Positions 29,925 through 38,961 of a stretch of 64,000 nucleotides of DNA are shown in pieces. Source of the DNA: Candidatus Latescibacterota bacterium (GTDB taxonomy: Bacteria > Latescibacterota > UBA2968 > GCA-2709665). The position numbers and the translations under genes were made by a program. The stretch is taken from assembly GCA_965203805.1 (NCBI GenBank), contig OZ241917.1, positions 2,592,001 to 2,656,000 of the forward strand, read 5' to 3'. The notes below the pieces were generated by a model. That model was not told where the DNA came from, made no database searches, and saw nothing but the letters and a program-made list of their open reading frames with translations. How positions within the stretch are numbered: the first letter of the stretch is position 1; the number at the start of each line of letters is the position of its first letter.

Positions 29925-30674
29925 ATGAGCAACGGCAAGAACATCACCATCACCGTAACCCGCTATCGCCCCGAACAGGAAGACGAACCCGTCGAACAAT
30001 CCTACGATATCGAGTTTCAGGAAGACTGGGTGGTACTGGACGGGCTGAATCACATCAAGGACCACATAGACGGATCGCTCTCCTTCCGCTGGTCGTGCCG
30101 GATGGGCGTCTGCGGCAGTTGCGGGATGATGGTCAACGGCGAGCCCAAGCTCTCCTGCGCCGCTTTCCTGCGCGACTATTACCCGGGCGAAGTCCGCGTG
30201 GAGCCCCTGAACAACTTCCCCATCGTCCGGGACCTGATCATCGACATGACCGATTTTATGGACAAACTCAAGGCGGTGCAGCCCTGGATCATCCGGGAGG
30301 AAGAAAAACCCGTTTCGGAAGGGGAGTACCTGCAGACGCCCGAGGAGCTGAAGGAATACAAGCAGTTCAGCATGTGCATCAATTGCATGCTCTGCTACGC
30401 CGCCTGCCCGGTATACGGACTCGAGACCGAGTTCGTCGGCCCCGCGGCCATTGCCCTGGGGCACCGGTACAACCTGGACTCCCGGGACGAGGGACAGGAA
30501 CGGCGTCAACACGTCATTGCAAGCACCGAGGGCATCTGGGAATGCACCTATATTGGCGAGTGCTCCGTGGTCTGCCCCAAAGACGTGGATCCCGCGGCCG
30601 CCATCCAGCGAAGCAAGGTGGCCACGACAGGCGGCTGGTTCAAATCCGTACTCCTGCCCTGGGGGAAGAAGTAA
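29925..30674 (+). CDS. frdB: Fumarate reductase Fe-S subunit
   Basis: [33 protein letters not shown]. Confidence 0.92.
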   Translation: MSNGKNITITVTRYRPEQEDEPVEQSYDIEFQEDWVVLDGLNHIKDHIDGSLSFRWSCRMGVCGSCGMMVNGEPKLSCAAFLRDYYPGEVRVEPLNNFPIVRDLIIDMTDFMDKLKAVQPWIIREEEKPVSEGEYLQTPEELKEYKQFSMCINCMLCYAACPVYGLETEFVGPAAIALGHRYNLDSRDEGQERRQHVIASTEGIWECTYIGECSVVCPKDVDPAAAIQRSKVATTGGWFKSVLLPWGKK

Positions 30675-30675
30675 G

Positions 30676-31086
30676 ATGATGAGCGAACAAGAGACCGAAC
30701 ACAAGGCCTACGTGCGTCGCGTACCGATCACCTGGTGGCTGCATAACCGCAGGTACTTTCTGTTTATGGTCCGGGAATCGACCAGCGTGTTCATCGCCCT
30801 GTTTATCCTGGGTTACCTGTACCAGCTCTTTCTGATCTCCAGAGGCGCGGAAGTTCACGACTTGTTTCAGGAGTCGCTCCGGTCCGTTCCCTTCGTCGTG
30901 GGCTATGTCATCGTGCTTCTGTTCGCGCTCTACCACAGCGTCACCTGGCTGGGTCTGGTATCGAAGATCCAGATCGTTCGCATCGGCCGCCTGACGGTAC
31001 CGCCCGTTCTCGTGGGGCTGGGCGCTTACCTTTCGTGGGTCGTCGCGTCGGCCGTCGTCGCCTGGATGTTTCTGAACTTGAAGTAG
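30676..31086 (+). CDS. frdC: Fumarate reductase membrane anchor C
   Basis: YVRRVPITWW...FMVRESTS, 3 TM helices. Confidence 0.85.
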   Translation: MMSEQETEHKAYVRRVPITWWLHNRRYFLFMVRESTSVFIALFILGYLYQLFLISRGAEVHDLFQESLRSVPFVVGYVIVLLFALYHSVTWLGLVSKIQIVRIGRLTVPPVLVGLGAYLSWVVASAVVAWMFLNLK

Positions 31087-31099
31087 CTTGGGGGAGACC

Positions 31100-31456
31100 G
31101 TGTACAAGGAAGACAGATCCGAACCCTTCTGGTGGGGCATGTTCTCGCTGGGCGGCGTGGTCGCCGCGCTGCTGATACCCGTCCACGTTTTCTTCATCGG
31201 GCTGGCCGTTCCGCTCGGCCTGATCGACGAGAGCCTGCTCGAATACAGCCGGATGAAATCCCTGCTTGCAAATCCCCTGGTGAAAGTCTACCTCTTTGCC
31301 CTCGTTGTCCTTCCGCTTTTTCACGCCGCGCACCGCATTCGCTTTTCGCTGCACGAAATGGGCATCCGGAGATTGCTGCTTTCGCTGGACGTCCTCTGCT
31401 ATGGCGGCGCCCTCGTGGGTACGGCCGTCACGCTGTACGTTCTGTTGGTCATTTAG
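31100..31456 (+). CDS. frdD: Fumarate reductase membrane anchor D
   Basis: RSEPFWWGMFSLGG, LPLFHAAHRIR; GTG start after GGGGAG. Confidence 0.85.
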   Translation: MYKEDRSEPFWWGMFSLGGVVAALLIPVHVFFIGLAVPLGLIDESLLEYSRMKSLLANPLVKVYLFALVVLPLFHAAHRIRFSLHEMGIRRLLLSLDVLCYGGALVGTAVTLYVLLVI

Positions 31457-31525
31457 AGCCGGGTCCGAAAAGAACCTATATCCTCGGGCCGGCGAAGCCG
31501 GACGTATCGAAGTTCGAGACCGCCT

Positions 31526-32848
31526 ATGAAACCGGCATCCGTCAACCCGTCGTCGGCAGCCGCACGCAAGGTGCTTTGCTGGTGCGGCGCGTTTTCGGTT
31601 CTCTGGGCGGCCACCCACGCGGCGGGAAACCCTCCGGACACCGTCCTCGGAAAAGTGCGCGCTTCGGTTGTCGTTCTGGACGTGGAAAGAAGCGACGGTT
31701 CCCGGAACCTTGGACTGGGTTTTCTGGCCATAGACAGCCGAATTGCGGTTACGACGTGGGATCTGGTCGCCGACGCGGTCCGGGTTGTCGCGAGATTCGA
31801 ATCCGGCGAGGAATTCGGGGTTTCTGGCGTTGTCGACAAGGACGAGAAACGAAACGTCGCACTGGTTCGAATCAAGGTCTTCGGCAGACCGCTGCTCGAA
31901 TTGGCGGCACGCGATCCGGGTGACGCCGAAAGAACCTACATCGTCGACGCGGTCGAGGGGGGAACTTTCAGCCTCATTGAAGGCCGGTTGAATCCATCCG
32001 AGATCGTCGACGGCGTGCGAATCTATCCTCTGGACGCCGCCGTATCCGCGGCCGCAAACGGAGGGCCGCTGGTCGACGAATCCGGCCGCGCGATCGGCGT
32101 GGTTTCGATTTCATCGCACGAAGATGGCGTATCCGGACGGGCGATTCCATCCGCCTATGCGCTGGGCCTGGATGACACCTTGCCGACCCGACCCTGGGAG
32201 AGGATCGCCACACCCGCAACGCCTCCATCGCCGGCGCACGCTCCCGAGGATGTGCCTGCGCCGCCGGACCCCAACAGCATCCGCTTTCGCTTCTACCGGG
32301 CTGAGAAACAGAGATTCAGCGACGTCAACCGGAACCTGTGGACGGATTCGATTCAGTGGTGGGTGGGGAATATCCAGGAAAAGTGCGGCGGAAACCCGCG
32401 CGTCGACAACGTGGAAGACCGGGGTGTGGATGCAGTAACGATTCCATCCGCAAAGGCGCGGTTCACAACCCGGACAACCGGATGGGACTCCTGGGTGCTG
32501 GGTACAGCCGCGCTGCAGGAATTGATCGCCGTCACCGAACGGACCCGTGACTTTCACATCGGCGTTTTTCAGGAAGTCAGGTACAAGCCTTCGCCCCAGG
32601 AGAAGTCCCGGGCTGTCGCGGGGATCCACGTCCCGTCCAACGTCCTGGCGCTTTACTTCAAGGCCACCCGGATCGAGGAAGACGAACGCGCTCACTTTAT
32701 CGGCTACCTCTTCGGTCTTGACAGCGGCGACGGCGGCGTGATGTCCTCCAGGTATCCCCGCGGGCCCGGCTCGCCCCCCGCCTACGGCAACATGTCCGCG
32801 TGGCCGGCGCACTGGTGCGGGAAAATCGCCGGATATCTCGATCGATAG
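31526..32848 (+). CDS. Exported trypsin-like domain protein with degenerate active site and metzincin-like C-terminus
   Basis: GLGFL..TTWDLV..NVALVRI..AAANGGPL; C-terminal AHFIGYLFGL..GVMS. Confidence 0.65.
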   Translation: MKPASVNPSSAAARKVLCWCGAFSVLWAATHAAGNPPDTVLGKVRASVVVLDVERSDGSRNLGLGFLAIDSRIAVTTWDLVADAVRVVARFESGEEFGVSGVVDKDEKRNVALVRIKVFGRPLLELAARDPGDAERTYIVDAVEGGTFSLIEGRLNPSEIVDGVRIYPLDAAVSAAANGGPLVDESGRAIGVVSISSHEDGVSGRAIPSAYALGLDDTLPTRPWERIATPATPPSPAHAPEDVPAPPDPNSIRFRFYRAEKQRFSDVNRNLWTDSIQWWVGNIQEKCGGNPRVDNVEDRGVDAVTIPSAKARFTTRTTGWDSWVLGTAALQELIAVTERTRDFHIGVFQEVRYKPSPQEKSRAVAGIHVPSNVLALYFKATRIEEDERAHFIGYLFGLDSGDGGVMSSRYPRGPGSPPAYGNMSAWPAHWCGKIAGYLDR

Positions 32849-32861
32849 AATGCCGGAGGTC

Positions 32862-32902
32862 ACAGGAAAGGCCCGGCAGAATTCCTGCCGGGCCTTTCCT
32901 GT
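32862..32902. terminator. Bidirectional hairpin terminator between convergent genes
   Basis: Perfect 18-bp stem ACAGGAAAGGCCCGGCAG/CTGCCGGGCCTTTCCTGT. Confidence 0.7.
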
Positions 32903-32957
32903 ATTCGACCGCCACAGTCTGCCGGGCGACGCGACGCGACGCGCGCCGCCGCCAGCA

Positions 32958-34352
32958 TCAGACGCCGGGCCCCGTCATTTTCTCCGGGCGCACCGCGGCG
33001 TCGAACGCTTCACCGTCCATCAGGTCGAGCGCCACCGCGGATTCCCGAAGCGTCAGATTCTCGTCGAATGCCTTCTTCGCCACCTTTGCCGCATTGTCGT
33101 ATCCAATCTGAGGATTCAGTGCCGTGACGAGCATCAGCGACCGCTCCAGATGGTTTCGGATATTCTCCCGGTTCGGTTCAATGCCCACCGCGCAGTGATC
33201 GTTGAACGCCGCACAGGCATCCGCCAGCAGCCGGACCGATTGCAGCAGATTGTAGACGATCAGCGGTTTGAACACGTTCAGTTCGAAATTCCCCGATGAT
33301 CCGCCCACCGCAATCGCCGTATCGTTTCCGATCACCTGCCCGGCCACCATCGTCATCGCTTCGCACTGCGTGGGGTTCACCTTCCCCGGCATGATCGAAC
33401 TGCCCGGTTCATTGGCCGGGAGCGTCAACTCGCCGACGCCGCACCGCGGCCCCGAAGCCAGCCACCGGGTGTCGTTGGCTATTTTCATCAGCGAGCAAGC
33501 CAGTGTTTTCAGTGCGCCGCTCGTTTCCACCATCGCGTCGTGGGCCGCCAGCGCCTCGAACTTGTTGCCTGCCGATACAAACGGATGCCCTGCCAATTCG
33601 GAAATCCGCGCGGCGGCCCGGTCGGCAAACTCCGGATGCGTATTCAGCCCGGTACCGACTGCCGTGCCGCCCAGCGCGAGCTCATACAGATTCGGCAGGC
33701 ACCGCTCAACGCGCTCCAGGCCTTTCGTCAACTGCGTTACGTATCCGGAGAATTCCTGGCTGAGCGTGAGTGGAACGGCGTCCATCAGATGCGTGCGACC
33801 AATCTTTATAATGTCCTCAAATTCGTCCGCTTTGCCTGCCAGTGTATCGCGCAGTTGTCCGACCATCGGAATCAACCGCCCGTGAATCTCGCAAACGGCC
33901 GCAATATGCATTGCCGCGGGAAACGTGTCGTTTGAGGACTGCGCCATGTTGACGTCGTCGTTCGGATGAATCGGGTCCTTGCCGCCCATCCGCCCGCCGG
34001 CAATCTGAATGGCCCGGTTGGAAATGACTTCATTGGCGTTCATATTCGTCTGGGTGCCGCTTCCCGTCTGCCAGACCCGCAGCGGAAAGTGGTCGTTCAG
34101 GGTACCCTCGATGACTTCGTTTGCCGCCCGCACAATGAGGTCCGCCTTTTCCGGCGGGAGCTTTCCCAGGTCCCGATTCACCAGCGCCGCCGCTTTCTTC
34201 AGAATGCCGAACGCCCTGATCAACTCCCTGGGCATGCGCTCTTCGCCAATATCGAAATGAACAAGCGCCCTGGCCGTCTGGGCGCCGTAATACCGGTCGT
34301 CCGGAACCTGAATCTCTCCCATGCTGTCCGTTTCGATTCTGTATCCCGCCAT
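32958..34352 (-). CDS. fumC: Class II fumarate hydratase
   Basis: [15 protein letters not shown] signature, [17 protein letters not shown]. Confidence 0.97.
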   Translation of the reverse strand: MAGYRIETDSMGEIQVPDDRYYGAQTARALVHFDIGEERMPRELIRAFGILKKAAALVNRDLGKLPPEKADLIVRAANEVIEGTLNDHFPLRVWQTGSGTQTNMNANEVISNRAIQIAGGRMGGKDPIHPNDDVNMAQSSNDTFPAAMHIAAVCEIHGRLIPMVGQLRDTLAGKADEFEDIIKIGRTHLMDAVPLTLSQEFSGYVTQLTKGLERVERCLPNLYELALGGTAVGTGLNTHPEFADRAAARISELAGHPFVSAGNKFEALAAHDAMVETSGALKTLACSLMKIANDTRWLASGPRCGVGELTLPANEPGSSIMPGKVNPTQCEAMTMVAGQVIGNDTAIAVGGSSGNFELNVFKPLIVYNLLQSVRLLADACAAFNDHCAVGIEPNRENIRNHLERSLMLVTALNPQIGYDNAAKVAKKAFDENLTLRESAVALDLMDGEAFDAAVRPEKMTGPGV

Positions 34353-34708
34353 CTTTCCTTCTCCTCAAGGATTGCGTGTTGATGCCAGAACTGTGTCCCG
34401 TCTCGGAACGATGTCACCGCTTGTCCGCCCATTCATCCCGCCTGCCTGCGGCGCCGCGCACTTCAAGATACAAAAACAGTACATTCCCGGCAACCCCATC
34501 CAGTGCGTCAGGCGCCATCATTAAGAAATATAACAGGATGTATTATTTTCTTGCTTTTAAAATTACTCTTGCTTATTTTTAAAGCTTGCTTTACCGACTC
34601 ATTCCGCGAGGTGTTCCGCGCACGGAGACCCCTCGGCCGTTTTCCGTTTCCGCCAGGGGTTCAACGGGAAGAAACGGTTGATACGAACTTCAATAGGGAG
34701 ACGTTTGC

Positions 34709-35626
34709 GTGCTGATCCAGAGTCTGAAGATCTTTTGCGACCTCATCGATACCCAGAGTTTTTCGAAGACGGCCGTTCTCAATGGCGTTACGCAATCCGC
34801 GGTCAGCCAACAGATCAAAAGCATCGAAAATCGCCAGGGCAAACCGTTGTTGGAACGGCATAAACGCAAGATCGGTCTCACAAAAGAGGGCGAGGTGTTT
34901 TACAAGGGCGCCGGCGACATTGTCAGGCGTTACGATGAGATGTTACAACGCGTGGAGGCTCTGGACGGCGTGGTTTCGGGCACGGTTCGCCTCTCGGCGA
35001 TTTACAGTGTGGGCATGCGTGAACTCGGACCCTACCTCAAGACCTACCTCAAAGCCTACCCGAAGGTCAACTTCCGCCTGGCCTACAACCACACCCCGCG
35101 GATCTACGACGACGTTGCCAGCGGCGAGATCGACTTCGGCGTGGTCGCCTTCCCCAGGCCCCACCGCAATATCAAGATCATCCCATTCTCCGAAGACAAC
35201 ATGGTGGTGGCATGCCCGCCCTCGAATCCACTTGCAGCGCGAGACCACATGGCCGTCAACGACATCAGCGATCATCCGCTGATTCTCTTCTCCCAGGAGA
35301 CCCACACCCGGCATGCGCTCGACCAGTTCTTCCGCAAACACCGGATTCAACCCAACATTGTCATGGAATTCGATCATATCGATACCATAAAGGACGCCGT
35401 CGAAGTCGACCTCGGCATCTCGATTCTGCCTGAACACTCGGTTGACCTGGAACACAAGGAAGGCAGCCTGAAAGCGCTCACCATCAAGGGCGACGTGCTA
35501 ACCAGACCCCTGGGCATCCTGCACAAACGTGGCCGCAGCCTTTCGGTGGCCGCCCGAAAACTCCTCGACGTGCTCAAGAACGGGAAAGCCCCGGCCGGCG
35601 AGTCGCAGGCGTCTGCCGCCGGATAG
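34709..35626 (+). CDS. LysR-family transcriptional regulator, divergent from fumC
   Basis: SFSKTA..VTQSAVSQQIKSIE HTH; AT-rich intergenic segment 34520-34590. Confidence 0.93.
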   Translation: MLIQSLKIFCDLIDTQSFSKTAVLNGVTQSAVSQQIKSIENRQGKPLLERHKRKIGLTKEGEVFYKGAGDIVRRYDEMLQRVEALDGVVSGTVRLSAIYSVGMRELGPYLKTYLKAYPKVNFRLAYNHTPRIYDDVASGEIDFGVVAFPRPHRNIKIIPFSEDNMVVACPPSNPLAARDHMAVNDISDHPLILFSQETHTRHALDQFFRKHRIQPNIVMEFDHIDTIKDAVEVDLGISILPEHSVDLEHKEGSLKALTIKGDVLTRPLGILHKRGRSLSVAARKLLDVLKNGKAPAGESQASAAG

Positions 35627-35742
35627 GCTCCGATCGGGCGTCTGCCGGACCGGTTTGCGCCATCGGGCCGATTCCGGCTTCTCCTTCCCGCAATCAACGA
35701 ACATTCGCGTCAGGACTCACCGGCGGAAGCCGCTTCGAAACG

Positions 35743-36447
35743 TCACGCTGCACGGCCGTCGCCCGCGACCATCTCCTGAATCAGGAATCGAAGGAACCGG
35801 ACGCCCGTCCGGAAAGAAGGCGCTTTCGATTCTCCGCCGACCCGGTTTCCCTCCCACGTAGGAATCTCCTCGATCCGCATTCGTTGTTTCATCGCACGGA
35901 TCGTCATTTCGTATTCGATCGTATACCCCGTCGATGCGGGATTGAGCCTCAGGAATGCTTCCCGCGTAACCCCTCGAAACCCGTTGATGGTGTCCGTCAC
36001 GTACGATCCCCGATTCCAGAGTTGGTTGGCAATCCGCGTAAACATCTGGTTCGTCCACTTTCGCAGCGGCAGCGCGTCGTCGTCCTCCTCGTTCCGGGAG
36101 CCCGGCAGGAACCTGGACGCAATCACCATATCGGCGCCGTTTTCGATCGCGGTGAATAGCCCGGGGATGTCCTCCGGGTCTTCATTGCCGTCGGGACTGA
36201 AGAAAACCAGGCTCTCGCCTTTCGACGCCCGGACCGCCGCGCGAAACGCCTCGCCCCTCCCCGGGCGTTGCTGGTCCACCAGCCGGATCTGACGGGACGC
36301 CAGAACCTCCCGGGTACCATCCGTGGACCCGCCGTCCACGGCGAACACTTCGTCGGCCATCCGGGACAGATCCGGGCCGGCTGAGAACAGCCAGCGTACG
36401 CCGTCGACCTCATCGAGGGTAAGTAGAACAAGCGTCCGTCTTGCCAT
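35743..36447 (-). CDS. Glycosyltransferase family 2
   Basis: VDGGSTDGT, GRGEAFR, SPDGNEDP, TDTINGFR. Confidence 0.88.
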   Translation of the reverse strand: MARRTLVLLTLDEVDGVRWLFSAGPDLSRMADEVFAVDGGSTDGTREVLASRQIRLVDQQRPGRGEAFRAAVRASKGESLVFFSPDGNEDPEDIPGLFTAIENGADMVIASRFLPGSRNEEDDDALPLRKWTNQMFTRIANQLWNRGSYVTDTINGFRGVTREAFLRLNPASTGYTIEYEMTIRAMKQRMRIEEIPTWEGNRVGGESKAPSFRTGVRFLRFLIQEMVAGDGRAA

Positions 36448-36462
36448 CGTCCACCCCGGACT

Positions 36463-36524
36463 CTGAGCCGCTCCCTGACCCTGCCTGCAATGAGCTTGTC
36501 GAAATGTCGAAGGGTCGGCGAAGG
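36463..36524. repeat. REP-like palindrome carrying an extra 23-bp insertion (36483-36505)
   Basis: Near-identical to 17898-17936 plus gcctgcaatgagcttgtcgaaat. Confidence 0.75.
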
Positions 36525-36584
36525 AATGTCGTCGATTGACACGGAACGAAAAGCGAAACGCGAGGAACGCGGCGAGCCGGGACA

Positions 36585-37793
36585 CTAGGCCCGTCCGCCC
36601 TTGAAGAAACGATCGAACAGTTCCACGATACGATCCAGGTCGGCCAATGTGAGGTCCTGGTGGCAACCGATGTAGAATCCGCTCCGGTTGATCCACCCGG
36701 CAACGGGGTAATCCGCCTCGCCGATGCCCAGCAGACGCTGGTAGAGCGGCTGATTGGTCAGCGGGAGCATCTCCCGCGTCTCAACCCCGTTCTGTTCCAG
36801 GAAATCCACCAATGCGTCCTTTTTCCGGTCCCTCAGGACAATCGGATACATCATGAATGAATGTTCGCACCCCGGTCGAATCCGGGGAAGCTGCACAGAC
36901 GCTTCGTGTCCGGACAGACACCGGGTCAGATAGGCGGCATGCTTCCGCCGGCTGGAGATCATCTCTGTCGCGACCTCAAGCTGCGCCAGCCCGAGAGCGG
37001 CCTCCATCTCGGTCAATCGGAAACTGTAGCCGAGACTGACGAAAGAGAATCGCCGGGCGACGATCTCACGCAGTTCCTCCGGCGGTTTCCTGTCGTCGTC
37101 ATCTATATTCAGGTACGTCGAATCCCGCCCGTGGTTGATCAGCGATCTCAGCTTTTGCGCATAGCCGGGATCGTCGGTCGTATTCAATCCGCCCACGCCC
37201 GTTGTGAGCAGGTGCGCCGCATACGTGGAAAAACACCCGATTTCGCCGAGACTTCCGACGCTGCGGCCCTTGTATCCCGCGAACATGGTCTCGGCCGAAT
37301 CTTCGATGACCCGAAGGCCGTGCCCCCGCGCAAGTTCGAGGACTGGATCCATGTCGCACGGTTGTCCGAAGACGTGGACGGGAATGATCGCCCTGGTGCG
37401 AGGCGTGACCGCGGCCTCGATCCTTTCCGGGTCCAACTCGTAGTGGCGTGGGTCGACGTCCACCAGCACCGGACGCATCCGTCCGTGGAAGACGATATTT
37501 GCCGTACCCGCGAACGTCACCGCGGGCAGGATCACTTCGTCCCCGTCATCCCAGCCATGCAGTTCCTTCAGCGCGGCCAGAGCGACCAGCAGGGCGCTCG
37601 TCCCGCTGTTGCTCATCACGCCGAACCGACACCCGTGGGCGCGTGCGAATCCGGCCTCGAACGCCTGTGTCATCGGGCCGTAAGACAGCCGGTTGCTGTC
37701 CAGGACCTGGTTTACCAGCGCCCGGGCCCGTGGACTGACGTTCATCGTACCGACGCCGATTACGGGCGGCCGGTGATCACGATCTTCCGACAC
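36585..37793 (-). CDS. DegT-family enzyme with His in place of the PLP Lys (ColD-like 3-dehydratase candidate)
   Basis: IEDSAE, CFSTYAAHLLTTGVGG. Confidence 0.75.
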   Translation of the reverse strand: MSEDRDHRPPVIGVGTMNVSPRARALVNQVLDSNRLSYGPMTQAFEAGFARAHGCRFGVMSNSGTSALLVALAALKELHGWDDGDEVILPAVTFAGTANIVFHGRMRPVLVDVDPRHYELDPERIEAAVTPRTRAIIPVHVFGQPCDMDPVLELARGHGLRVIEDSAETMFAGYKGRSVGSLGEIGCFSTYAAHLLTTGVGGLNTTDDPGYAQKLRSLINHGRDSTYLNIDDDDRKPPEELREIVARRFSFVSLGYSFRLTEMEAALGLAQLEVATEMISSRRKHAAYLTRCLSGHEASVQLPRIRPGCEHSFMMYPIVLRDRKKDALVDFLEQNGVETREMLPLTNQPLYQRLLGIGEADYPVAGWINRSGFYIGCHQDLTLADLDRIVELFDRFFKGGRA

Positions 37794-37806
37794 TTCGAAC
37801 CCGCTT

Positions 37807-38763
37807 TCAAGCCTTCGAAGATTCGCAGGAAGGCTGCTTCTCAACCCACGAAATCATGCGGCGAAGCCCTTCCTCCAGAGTCGTTGCGGCCTCAAATCCG
37901 AAATGCCGCTTCGCCCGCGTCACGTCCACGCACCGCCGCGGCTGCCCGTTCGGCCGGGTCGTATCCCAACGAACCCGCCCGGCGAATCCCGTCAGGCCGC
38001 GGATCTTCCCTGCGAGGTCGCGGATTGAGATCTCCACTCCCGATCCCAGGTTGACCGGTTCGGGCAGATCGTAACGTTGAGACGCGAGCAATACGCCCTC
38101 TGCGGCGTCCTCGACGTACAGAAACTCGCGCGTGGGCGACCCGTCTCCCCACAGGGTGACGTGACCGCGTCCGAGATTCCGGGCATCCACGAACTTTCGC
38201 ACCATGGACGCGAGTCCGTGGGACGTCTCCGGATCCAGGTTTTCTCCCGGTCCATAGAGGTTGGAAAGAAGCAGATGAATCGCGTTGTAGCCGTATTCCG
38301 CCCGGTAGGCCTGGCTCTGCACCAGCATCATTTTCTTGGCCAGGCCATAGGCCGCGTTCGTCTCTTCCGGATACCCGTCCCACAGGTTCTCCTCCCTGAA
38401 GGGGACCGGCGTGGACTTCGGATAGGCGCATACCGATCCGATCCCCACGAACTTGGGCACCTCGAACCTGCGGGCGCCTTCCATCAGGTGCGCGCCCATG
38501 GCCAGATTGTCGTAGAAAAAACGGCCCGGATACCGCTGATTGGCGCCAATGCCGCCAACGGAACCCGCCAGGTGAATCACCAGGTCGGGCCGCGTCGTCT
38601 CATACAGGCGGCGTACGTCTTCCTGTTCCCGCAGGTCGTAGTCCCGGCTGCGCGGCGCGAATACCCGACGGCAGCCCCGATCGCGCAGTTTCCGCACGAC
38701 GTGCCTGCCCAGAAAACCCGCGCCGCCGGTCACCGCAACCCTTTTGTCGGTCCAGAAACCCAT
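37807..38763 (-). CDS. GDP-L-fucose synthase family (Fcl/ColC-like)
   Basis: TGGAGFLG, VGGIGAN, SVCAYPK, YGLAK, WGDGSPTREFLY. Confidence 0.9.
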   Translation of the reverse strand: MGFWTDKRVAVTGGAGFLGRHVVRKLRDRGCRRVFAPRSRDYDLREQEDVRRLYETTRPDLVIHLAGSVGGIGANQRYPGRFFYDNLAMGAHLMEGARRFEVPKFVGIGSVCAYPKSTPVPFREENLWDGYPEETNAAYGLAKKMMLVQSQAYRAEYGYNAIHLLLSNLYGPGENLDPETSHGLASMVRKFVDARNLGRGHVTLWGDGSPTREFLYVEDAAEGVLLASQRYDLPEPVNLGSGVEISIRDLAGKIRGLTGFAGRVRWDTTRPNGQPRRCVDVTRAKRHFGFEAATTLEEGLRRMISWVEKQPSCESSKA

Positions 38764-38961
38764 GCCGCGGTCCTCGCCGTCTTCCGATGGTTCCGTCGGG
38801 GAAAGGTCCTCTACCAAGTACCGGAACACCACGCACAGAATGGCCGAATAATTGGCGAGACTAAGGCCTTGGGAGCCATTGCGATGGTCCATTCAATCGA
38901 AAGCTGCACCCATCACCTTTTGCGGTTGGCGACTAAAGCCTCTGCGGGGTCATTTCGTCAA

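Noticed and set aside
27984-30704. 906-aa minus-strand ORF
   Set aside because: Antisense shadow of frdAB in high-GC DNA; no recognisable motifs
34441-34449. Lone CCTGCCTGC half-site (and GCAGGCAGG at 20018-20026)
   Set aside because: No partner inverted repeat nearby; could be chance or a remnant, so not counted as elements
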